Positions 29,077 to 38,100 of a DNA stretch of 64,000 bases are shown here, in pieces. The notes beneath the pieces were generated by a model. The model had not been told where the DNA came from, did no database searches, and saw only the letters and a program-made list of their open reading frames with translations. Source of the DNA: Candidatus Latescibacterota bacterium (GTDB taxonomy: Bacteria > Latescibacterota > UBA2968 > UBA8231); assembly GCA_965200315.1 (NCBI GenBank), contig OZ241362.1, positions 3,936,001-4,000,000 on the forward strand, written 5' to 3'. Numbering within the stretch: position 1 is the first letter of the stretch; each line of letters starts with the position of its first letter. The translations under genes were made by a program, and so were the position numbers.

Positions 29077-30202
29077 ATGCCCTACGATATATCACGAGAA
29101 AAAAGAGACTGGTACCGGGAAATCTCTGTGCGCTCTAGGCAGAGAAAAAAAGCGGCGATCCGCGGTGAGTTCCAACGCGATCCAAGCGGAATTAATAAGC
29201 CAGTTTTGGACCCAAGTAAACTAATGCCCCAACAGCGACAACACGGCTTGAGGGCGATGTCCCTGTTTTCAGGGGGTGGCGGTCTAGACCTCGGTTTTGA
29301 GCGTGCCGGTTTTGAGCATATTGCCAGTTTCGACACGTTGGATATTTGCGGTGTTACGCTACGGCGCAACCGATCCCAATGGAAGGTTTTTTCTGGTCAA
29401 TATGGCGATGTAACAAAGGTCCATTGGGCAGCCTATAAAGGCACCGTCGATCTCATTCACGGCGGCCCTCCATGCCAGCCCTTCTCGGTTGCTGGGAGAC
29501 AGAATGGGAGTGAGGATACGAGGGACATGTGGCCGGCGTTTATTGACGCTGTGCTGGCTGTCAAACCCGATGCGTTCGTCGCCGAAAACGTTCCGGGATT
29601 GCTCGATCCTAAATTCAGTGAGTACGTAAACAAGGCGATCTTAGCACCGTTAGAACCAAGCTATCACATCGCCAAGTTCAAAGCAGTTGCCGCCGATTTT
29701 GGTGTCCCCCAAGTGCGGAAGCGGGTCATTTTCGTCGGGTTTAGATCATCTAAAGCGGCTAATAGGTACGAGATTCCGCAGGCAACGCACTTTCCCAACG
29801 ATAATCTATTTTCATCGGGCAAATGTGTGCTGGGCACTAGGACGGCTCTGGGGCTAGGCGACATTGGATTCGACTGCTTTGCACCGACTCTCCGCTCTGG
29901 TTTTACTGGTCCGAGAAAGACGACCAGCGTTCTAAACAGCAAGGCGAGTCAAAAGGTTGGGGAGAGGCTACAGATTTGGCCAAACGGTGTACAAAAGTCG
30001 AGAGAGGAAGCCGTGATGTTCCCCCCCAGAAAACGGACATTTCAGGCTTTCTGTCCAAGGCTGTGCTCTTCTGCAAGGATTTCCAGCAGATTGGCTCTTT
30101 GAAGGTGCTGTGTACCAAATCCTTGGCCAAATCGGCAATTCCGTTTGTCCGCCGGTGAGTTATGCTATCGCAAAATCTGTAGCGAGTGCATTGAGGGCCT
30201 AA
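29077..30202 (+). pseudogene. DNA (cytosine-5)-methyltransferase frameshifted at a C7 tract (30021-30027)
   Basis: Motifs I FSGGGG, IV GGPPCQPFS, VI ENV and VIII QVRKR lie in ORF 29077..30102. Motifs IX/X (RLSV..CALLQGFPADW.F.G...GQIGNSVCPP) continue in another frame to TAA at 30200-30202. Removing one C gives a 374-aa protein. Confidence 0.88.
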
Positions 30203-30332
30203 ATGTTTCAATTCAGACTCACGAGCCGCTGCCCACCAAACATTACGCGACATAACGCTTGCTAACGAAACGTTGCAGCTAACTCGATAATTCATTCTCA
30301 CCACCTGTCAATTTCCGCAAAGGAGCCTGTTC

Positions 30333-30977
30333 ATGGCCTTTGAAGTTTTCGACTTTCGCCAAGAGGAACACATCAAAAACCTCCTCGTCACGCCGCACAT
30401 CCGCTCTCGCTTTCTGCGTATGCAGCCGGGCGCAGTGGCTGGCCTGCACAGCCACGACCTCGGCCACGAGATTTTCCTCATCTTGCAAGGCCGCTGCGTC
30501 TTCCACATCGCCGGCAGCGAACAGGAGCTATGCGCGGGCCAGCTCTGCGTTGCCCTCGCCGATGAGATACATCAGGTGCGGGTCGTCGGCGACGAGCCCA
30601 TGGTCATGTACCTGTCAGTAACGCCCCACATCCAGCCGACCCACACCGGCCGCGACCCCGACGGCACCCGCCACCCGACCCGCTTCCAGCCCTCCAGCTC
30701 GTACGACGTGGAGACGGATACCGACACGCCCATCGACGAACTCATCGACAAATTCACGGCCACGGCGGACGACTTGGCCCGCGCCGCCAGCGACCAAGCG
30801 GCTGCCCAAGCAGCACGGAGCAACCAACTCAAGGCGGCTCTCGCGGCCGGCGACGAAGCGCAGGCCACCGAGCTGCGCGAAGCCATGTGGCAAGACGTGT
30901 ATCAGAGCTTAAAGCGAGCCTACGCAATGGCCGATGTGTGGAACGACTTGACGCCCCGCGTCGGAAAGGTGGGTTGA
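30333..30977 (+). CDS. Cupin domain protein with a helical C-terminal extension
   Basis: LHSHDLGHEIFLILQG and ADEIHQV cupin motifs; AAGGAG RBS. Confidence 0.85.
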   Translation: MAFEVFDFRQEEHIKNLLVTPHIRSRFLRMQPGAVAGLHSHDLGHEIFLILQGRCVFHIAGSEQELCAGQLCVALADEIHQVRVVGDEPMVMYLSVTPHIQPTHTGRDPDGTRHPTRFQPSSSYDVETDTDTPIDELIDKFTATADDLARAASDQAAAQAARSNQLKAALAAGDEAQATELREAMWQDVYQSLKRAYAMADVWNDLTPRVGKVG

Positions 30978-30978
30978 C

Positions 30979-32052
30979 ATGGCCCCTATCCGCATCGGCA
31001 TCGTCGGCTGCGGTGCCGTCGCCCAAGTCCAGCACCTGCCCAACCTCACCGCGCTCAAGGACCTGTTTTCCGTAGAGATGGTCTGCGACCTCTCGCCGAG
31101 CTTGGCGCAGACCGTGGCACAGGAGTTTCACGTCCCGCACTACACTAGCGACTGGTGTGCGCTGCTCGCCGCCGACCTCGACGCCGTACTCCTGTGCCAC
31201 ACCGACCCCAAGACCGAGATCGCCGTGGCCGCCTTTGAGGCCGGCAAACACGTCTTCGTCGAAAAGCCGATCTGCTTCTCGCTGCAAGAGGCCGACCGGA
31301 TCATCGCCGCCCGGCAGGCGGCCGGCACCGTTGGCTTGGCTGGTTATATGAAAGTGTACGACCCGGCCTTTGAGGCGGCTGCCCGCGCTGCCGCTGACAT
31401 GACCGCGATCCGCTTCGTCCAGATCCACCACCTGCACACCAACAACTCGCATCATCTGGCGCACTTCCGCTTGCATCGCACCAGCGATATACCCGCTGAT
31501 GCCATCGCGCAGACGAGCGCGGCCCGCGCGGCGGCCGTGCGCGAGGCCATCGGCGAGGTCCCCGCCGCTGTGCAAGCTGCCTTTGGTCACCTCGCCGGCA
31601 GCATGATCCACGACATCTACGGCCTGCGCGCCATCATGGGCGCACCTGAAAGAGTCTCCAGCACCGAAATCTGGTACGACGGCTGGGGCGTCAGCACCAT
31701 GATCGCATACCCAAACGGCGCGCGCTGTGCAGCAACTTGGGTCGAGTTAAAGGACGTGCGCGACTTCAAGGAAACCCTCGAAGTCTGCGGCGACGACCAC
31801 CGCGTGTTGCTTTCTTATCCGACCGGCTTTTCGCGGGGGATCCTCTCCACCTTGGAGATTCAGACTCTCGACGCGGCCGGCGAGGCCATCACCCTCCGCC
31901 CGGCCATCGCGTGGGAAGGCCCTTTCGTCCGCGAGCTGAAGCACTTCCACGCCTGCATTACCGAGGGTGCGAAGCCGCGTACTCCTTTGGAAGAGGCCCG
32001 CTGCGACATCGCCCTGATCATCGACATCATCAAAGCCTATATGGCCCATTAG
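30979..32052 (+). CDS. Gfo/Idh/MocA family oxidoreductase
   Basis: IGIVGCGAVA, AGKHVFVEKP and SMIHD motifs. Confidence 0.9.
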   Translation: MAPIRIGIVGCGAVAQVQHLPNLTALKDLFSVEMVCDLSPSLAQTVAQEFHVPHYTSDWCALLAADLDAVLLCHTDPKTEIAVAAFEAGKHVFVEKPICFSLQEADRIIAARQAAGTVGLAGYMKVYDPAFEAAARAAADMTAIRFVQIHHLHTNNSHHLAHFRLHRTSDIPADAIAQTSAARAAAVREAIGEVPAAVQAAFGHLAGSMIHDIYGLRAIMGAPERVSSTEIWYDGWGVSTMIAYPNGARCAATWVELKDVRDFKETLEVCGDDHRVLLSYPTGFSRGILSTLEIQTLDAAGEAITLRPAIAWEGPFVRELKHFHACITEGAKPRTPLEEARCDIALIIDIIKAYMAH

Positions 32053-32088
32053 GGCGGGTTTGGGGACCGCTTCTTGCTATATTCCCAT

Positions 32089-32113
32089 GTAGGGGCAATC
32101 CTCGTGGTTGCCC
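32089..32113 (+). repeat. GTAG-type REP palindrome
   Basis: GTAG-GGGCAATC-CTCGT-GGTTGCCC: a GTAG tetranucleotide followed by an imperfect hairpin, intergenic. Confidence 0.6.
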
Positions 32114-32145
32114 ACCCGCGTATCTAACAAAAAAACTGAGGAATC

Positions 32146-33723
32146 ATGTCCCCCAAACGTCCCGCACCACCCATCATCTTTACCGACGACGGCTGGATTT
32201 TCACGGCTGAAGAAAACGTCTCGGTCGCCGACCTCAAGGAAAAAATCGTCGATGGCTATGCTGGCACCGGCGGTGCGCTCTGGTGGAGCACGGGCGATCA
32301 CGAGGTGTATCAGTTCGAGACGGAGATTGGCGAGAAATTCGGCGACGAAAGCAGCGACCTCGACGCCACAGCCCCTTCCTTCGTCCACTCGGCCACCCCC
32401 GGCGTGGAGGCGCGAATCGCCGCCAATCTACACGGCCTGATCGCCGAGTGCGGCGGGCCATTGACCGCGCTTGCGCGACTGTGCCGGGAGGCGGATATCC
32501 CCTTTTTCCCGCGTGTGCGCATGAACAGTCACTACGTGATCGACCCGTCCCATCCCGGCTACGGTCGCTTCCGCCGCCAGCAGCCCCACCTGCTCATTGG
32601 TCGCCCCGGCGAGGAGTTCCCCGACAAGTCGGTCGAATGGGGCATCCGCACCGGCCTCGACTACGCCCACGCCGAGGTGCGCGAGCACATGCGGCGCATC
32701 GCCTGCGAGGTCTTGGAGCGCTTTGACGTCGATGGCATCGAGCTGGACTTCATGCGCCATTCGGCCTTCTTCCGCATGGCCGAAGCCACGGCCAACAGCT
32801 ACCTGATGACCGAGCTGGTACAAAAGGTCAAGGCGCGGCTCGACGAGGTCAGTGCCCAACGGGGCAAAACCCTACAACTGGCCGTTCGCGTCCCTCCGAC
32901 CTTGGCCGACTCGCGGCGCATTGGCCTCGACGTTGACGAATGGATCGAGACCGGCCTCGTGGATATCGTCGTCGTTGGCGGCGGCTTTATCTCCTTTGAG
33001 ACCCCGGTCGATGAGTTCGTCCGCGCTGCGGCCTCTACCCCTTGCCTCGTCTATGGCTGCATTGAAGCCACCCGCCACAGCGACCAGCACTTCCTCCGCG
33101 CCTTGGCCCTGCGCTGGCTCACCGACGGAGCCGACGGCATTTACCTATACAACTTCTACACCATGTCGCCCGAGTGGAACCGCCAAACCGCCGCTGAATT
33201 CTCCGACCTCGCAACCCTGAAAAAACTCGACAAGTGCTACGAAATCAGCGGTACCATGTCCTTCAGCCCCACGGAAGGCCACAGCGCCGCTTTCCGCTTG
33301 GCCCATCCCTCAACGCCGCTTCCCGTACCGTTACCCACCGACCGCCCAAGTTTGGGGCCGGCGCTTCGCATCCGCGTCGCCGATGATGTGGCCGACGTCA
33401 CCGGCGGCTTGGCCTTGCGTTTGGATCACTTGCCGCCGGAGGACCGCCTCGAAGTCGAACTCAACGGCCGCGCCCTCCCTTGGGACCAAGCCCAAGTCTC
33501 CGGCGATGGCTGGTCGCGCCAGCAGGCAGCACCGCTGTTTTGGGCCAGCTATCCCACCCGTCCGGTCGAGCAAAAAATGGAAGGGGTCAGCGTGGAATTT
33601 GCAGTGGATGGTTCTTTTTTGCGGCAGGGTACTAACGAGATCGTCGTGCGGCTAGTGGCGGGGCAAGAAGATCGTCGAGAGCAGGTGATACTGACGGGTG
33701 TCGAATTGGCTATTTCTCACTGA
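32146..33723 (+). CDS. Glycoside hydrolase-like (GHL10-like TIM barrel) protein
   Basis: RVRMN.H, LDYAHAEVRE, FDVDGIELDFMRH, GLDVDEWI and GADGIYLYNF. Confidence 0.72.
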   Translation: MSPKRPAPPIIFTDDGWIFTAEENVSVADLKEKIVDGYAGTGGALWWSTGDHEVYQFETEIGEKFGDESSDLDATAPSFVHSATPGVEARIAANLHGLIAECGGPLTALARLCREADIPFFPRVRMNSHYVIDPSHPGYGRFRRQQPHLLIGRPGEEFPDKSVEWGIRTGLDYAHAEVREHMRRIACEVLERFDVDGIELDFMRHSAFFRMAEATANSYLMTELVQKVKARLDEVSAQRGKTLQLAVRVPPTLADSRRIGLDVDEWIETGLVDIVVVGGGFISFETPVDEFVRAAASTPCLVYGCIEATRHSDQHFLRALALRWLTDGADGIYLYNFYTMSPEWNRQTAAEFSDLATLKKLDKCYEISGTMSFSPTEGHSAAFRLAHPSTPLPVPLPTDRPSLGPALRIRVADDVADVTGGLALRLDHLPPEDRLEVELNGRALPWDQAQVSGDGWSRQQAAPLFWASYPTRPVEQKMEGVSVEFAVDGSFLRQGTNEIVVRLVAGQEDRREQVILTGVELAISH

Positions 33724-33727
33724 TTAA

Positions 33728-34690
33728 CTACCGTGCCGTTGAAGCATCTTGTTGAGTTTTATATTGCTCCTTCTTTTCGAGTAATGTCATTTGTGTAGGT
33801 TCTTTTGGTTTATCTGGGTAAAGAGCCTCAACGGACCTTTCAAAATCACTAAGAGCGTTCTCATGGCCGCGCAGGAACCAATGTTTATGTTTTTCGAGAT
33901 ACGCTTTTCTAATAGACTCATTACGCAAATCAAGAGGGACACGTTCCATTCTTGGATCGATACTATCGAATCCTATAAACTCTTTTTGCAAACGTTCTTT
34001 TGACATTTTCACGTAGTCGGGGTTCAATTCAATTCCGACACCGACTCGATTGAGTTGTTGACATACCCTGAGTGTCGTTCCACTACCCAAGAAAGGATCG
34101 AGAACTAGCGATCCTTCACTGCTTGAAGCTAATATCATCCTCTCTATTAATCCTTCCGGTTTTTGAGTTGGATGATTCTGTCTATTGTAATTGCAGTAGT
34201 GAACGTGCGAAAATTCCCAAACATCTCCAGGATTTGCCCCTCGCATGTTATTACGCTCACGGTAATATTTTTGAGGAACGCGAATATCATCTAAGTTAAA
34301 AGTAAAATCTTTTGTTTTTGTAAACATTAGAATATCGTCGTGCCGAGGGGAAAAGCCTCTCTTTTTTCCTATTCCTTGCGTATAGTGCCACACTATCCAG
34401 CTATTGAAAAACATTCCAAAATCTCTATCTAGGAGATCATACAGAAAAGAAATAAACCGGAATCCCATAAAAACATAAATCGTTCCATCGGCCTTTAGGA
34501 TCCTATGAGCTTCTTTGATCCAATCTTTTGAGAATGCTAAATATTCTTCAAAGTCTTTAGTATCACGATTATTACCATAGTCCTTTCCCAAATTATAAGG
34601 AGGATCGGCAATGATAAGATCAAAGGTCCCGGAGTTGATCTTCTGCATCCCAGAGACGGCGTCTCCCAAGATTATTTTTTGTTCAATCAT
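33728..34690 (-). CDS. Site-specific DNA methyltransferase (N6-adenine/N4-cytosine, beta class)
   Basis: DPPY precedes HPTQKP and DPFLGSGTT; AT-rich relative to its flanks. Confidence 0.93.
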   Translation of the reverse strand: MIEQKIILGDAVSGMQKINSGTFDLIIADPPYNLGKDYGNNRDTKDFEEYLAFSKDWIKEAHRILKADGTIYVFMGFRFISFLYDLLDRDFGMFFNSWIVWHYTQGIGKKRGFSPRHDDILMFTKTKDFTFNLDDIRVPQKYYRERNNMRGANPGDVWEFSHVHYCNYNRQNHPTQKPEGLIERMILASSSEGSLVLDPFLGSGTTLRVCQQLNRVGVGIELNPDYVKMSKERLQKEFIGFDSIDPRMERVPLDLRNESIRKAYLEKHKHWFLRGHENALSDFERSVEALYPDKPKEPTQMTLLEKKEQYKTQQDASTAR

Positions 34691-34913
34691 CGGATTTTAT
34701 CCATTCATTTTTATTAGCTAGTTCAAGCCATTGCTCAAATGATCGTCGATCAGACTGAAGGTATTTCTGATCAAGTAGCTGGCAAAACTCCCACGTGGTT
34801 CTTGCTTCAAGTTCAACGTAGTGAATATCCCGTATTTGGATCTGTCCTGTTCCAAGCGCAGGATTATAGTTTATATCCCTTGAAGACAGATAGTCGTGAC
34901 GAAATGCGAGCAT
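34683..34913 (-). pseudogene. C-terminal remnant of the probable cognate restriction endonuclease
   Basis: 76-aa AT-rich ORF overlapping the MTase start by 8 nt, with an in-frame stop just upstream at 34923-34925. The identity is inferred from position only. Confidence 0.5.
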
Positions 34914-35128
34914 TCCGAGTAATCATCGGACTGATGAGGAATTTTGAAGTTTTGTGTTTCGTATGTCATCGTTGTTCCTTTGCAACCAAACCGTCATCTT
35001 GCGTCCGTATTTCCCAGCAGACAAGACATTGCGGCTAGTGCGAACCCGGTCTAAGGAGGAACACAATAGGTCGATCATGTCTAACGTCTCGCATCGCCCG
35101 CACTCTGTCACGCGTCGCTGTCATCAAT

Positions 35129-38100
35129 CTACACCGCCACCACCGCTTCCGCATCCCCCGCTGCCAACGCATTCATATACGCTAGCGTCATATCGCGGGT
35201 GCGGTATGTGCCAAAGGCGGCTTCGTCTTCGCGGCGGACGATGGGGAAGGTGTCGAGGATGTAGGCCGCGTCTTTTCTATCCAGGCCGTAGAGGTGGAAG
35301 TAGAGCGCGTCGAGGCGGGCGCGGAGGTGGCGGCGTTTTTCTTCGTTCCATACAAAGGGCGGGCCATCGTAGCCTAAATCGCGGGCGAAGGGAGCCATGT
35401 CGTGAGATGTGTACGTGAGACGCAAAACGTGGTCGCGGACGAGATCGCGGGCGGTTATTTGGCCGAATTTTTTGTTGTAAGCGTCAGGGGCGATGACCGG
35501 GAGTTGTTCGACGATGTACCATGTAAGATGAGTGGCCTGAACCTTCTGACGCGCAACGTAATCACAACCGAAGCTGTTGAGATTGGCCAGCAGGCAGGCC
35601 GCGCTCTCGCTGTCGAAGTCGCGCTCGGCCGGAACGAGGACTGGCAATGTGTGTCCGCATCCAACTTGCGGAACGATGGACGCTACCATTGTCCGCTCGT
35701 TAGTTGGGTTCGTAATATCTCGGAACCCCAGCATCCAGCCGTGAGACTGCGGAATGACCGACTCCACATTCGCCGCCGGCACCCAATACTGTGTTTGGGG
35801 CAGAAAACCCGGGTCTGCGTGTTGTGCTTCAGTTACTTCTTCGCTTAGATACGGATTGTGCGTACTCTTGGGGTTGACTCGAACCGAGTTGGCGCGGTGA
35901 TCAAAATGCCAGATCATCCGACCCTGATACAGCGGCAAATAAAGCTCCTCACCCTTCTTCCAACGGTTGCCCTCTACCGGATAAAAGCCTTCCGCATCGA
36001 GTTGTTTAGCTGTCCTGAAGAGATGCGAATCATTCGCCATGTCGAACATGCGCGCGTATTTCACCGGCCACACGCGCTTCTCCTCGCCTTCTGAACGATC
36101 CACCAACACCGGATGGCACTCGTAGATGCGGCGCGTAATCTCAGCGTCCCTCCGACTGCGAAAAACAGGTGCCGTCCCGGTGTTCGGATTCACGCGGGCG
36201 AAGTCGTCCGGCGTCAAGGGAAAGCAGCGATTTTCGTCGTGGATTGTTTTCGTATCGTGCAGAAAAAAGGCGCACTTGGTCTGGTCGAATTGTCGCTTTT
36301 CACCGCCCAAAATGAGGGCACAGAATTTGAAGCGGGAGTCCACATCCTTGAAGAAAATTTTCTTGTTCTCAAAATCGAACAGGCCGCCCACCCGTCCGCT
36401 AGTCGAAACCGACTGGAAGAAACGGGCTGCCGTTTTGTCGGCATAAATGCCCGACGGCGTCAGCAAGCCGACAAAACCATTCGGCTTAATCAGACGCATG
36501 GACCGCTCGACAAACAACGAATACAAGTTGATGTCGCCGCCGCCGAGCAACGGATAATCGCCACCGCCGCGAATGATCGCACTCAGGCTCTCGGCCTGCG
36601 CCTTGGCCGCGTCGAATTCAGCCGCAAGCGGTGCGCCCCGATCGCGCAACCGCTGAATGCCTTTGCGCCGCTCAGCCGCTGTCGCTGCCCGTGCGAGTTC
36701 GGGGGCGCGCGTGGCAAACCACTCAACCTCTTGCAACTTGATGCGATCCCACGGCGGATTGCCAATGACCGCATCAAAGCCGCCGTGCGGACGAGCGTCT
36801 TGCCACTGCCGCCACACCCCCGGAAAAGCCACCTCCCAATGCAGAAAGCGCTCCCGGTTGGCAGTGGTTCGCGCCTCGCGCCACAACTCGGCAAACTCCG
36901 TGTCGTCAGCCACGCCCACTTCCTCCGGCCCGCGTGCCAGCAGTTCATAAGCCTTTGCCGTATGCTGGCCGAGCGTTGTAACCAAGGGGCCCTCAAATTC
37001 ATCGCGTTTTTTCTTTTTCATGCCCGCGGTCCGCCAGTGCCAGCCGCAGAGAAAATCGAGCAGGCCACGCAGGTCAGCGGTCGTCTCCTCCACCCCGTCG
37101 AACAGTGCCGCCGATTCTCGCACCTCGGCAACGGCGGCGTCCGGCATCTCCTCAATGCACTGCATCCCCTCGGTGGCTGCCTCCGCCCCGGAAATGGCAC
37201 TACCGGCAAACATCCCGCCGAGCCGGTGCAACTCATCGGTGGCATCCCGCACCCGCAGACCGGCCAGCGAGTCGCCGCAGCGCAAATGGTGATCGAGAAA
37301 CGACAGGGGCGCACCCACCGTAAAACTGTGCAGCCACAGCGACACCTTGGCCAACTCAACCGTCAGCCGATTCTTATCGACGCCGTAAATGCAGCGCTTG
37401 AGCACCATGCGGCGGATGATGGCTTGGTCCGTAAGCTGCGCCTCGTCCAACACCCAATTCGATTCGGCGGCCCGTTTGCAAATGTCGTCCCGAATCGCCG
37501 CCACGCGCTCCACCAACGGCGACGCGTACTCACCGTCCAGCCACTCTGGAACCGCAGGAACGTATTCGATTAGCTCGGCGATGTAGTCCGACAGAAAATC
37601 CACGGCCGTGACGAGGAAATGGCCGCTACCCATGGACGGGTCCAAGACTTTGAGGTCTAACACCGCCACGGCCGGATCGATCCGCTCAAGTTCAGTCTGC
37701 CGTTCCTTCTTGGATCGACGGTCGCTTTTGAGCGCGGCCGCTTGGTCCTCAAAAGCACCGAGCCGCTCTTCGGCCAGCGGCTTCAAGGTCCGCTCGACAA
37801 TCAGATCGACGAGTTCCTGCGAAGTATAGAAACTGCCGCTGTCCTTGCGGGCATACGGATTGGGGCGAATGGAAATGTTGCCGTCGTCGCCGCGCACCGG
37901 CGTACGCTCCAGCAGCCGCTCGTAGAGCGAGCCAAGCTGCTGCACCGACATGTCTCGGTAGTTGACAAAGCGGCGCCCGCCCTGCGAATCCTCGGCGTGG
38001 CTCAGGTCGTAGATGATGGGTGCGATGTCTGCGTCAGCTAAGCGGACCGCTTCCAGCAAAGGAGCGGCTGTCGCCGCAAACAATCCGCCGTTGTAGGGCG

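Noticed and set aside
34923-34925. In-frame TGA between two short ORFs as a selenocysteine codon
   Set aside because: There is no redox-motif context and no clear SECIS hairpin after the codon. Gene decay explains it better.
36113-37573. 486-aa plus-strand ORF
   Set aside because: It is an antisense shadow of the Type IIG RM gene and has no recognisable motifs.
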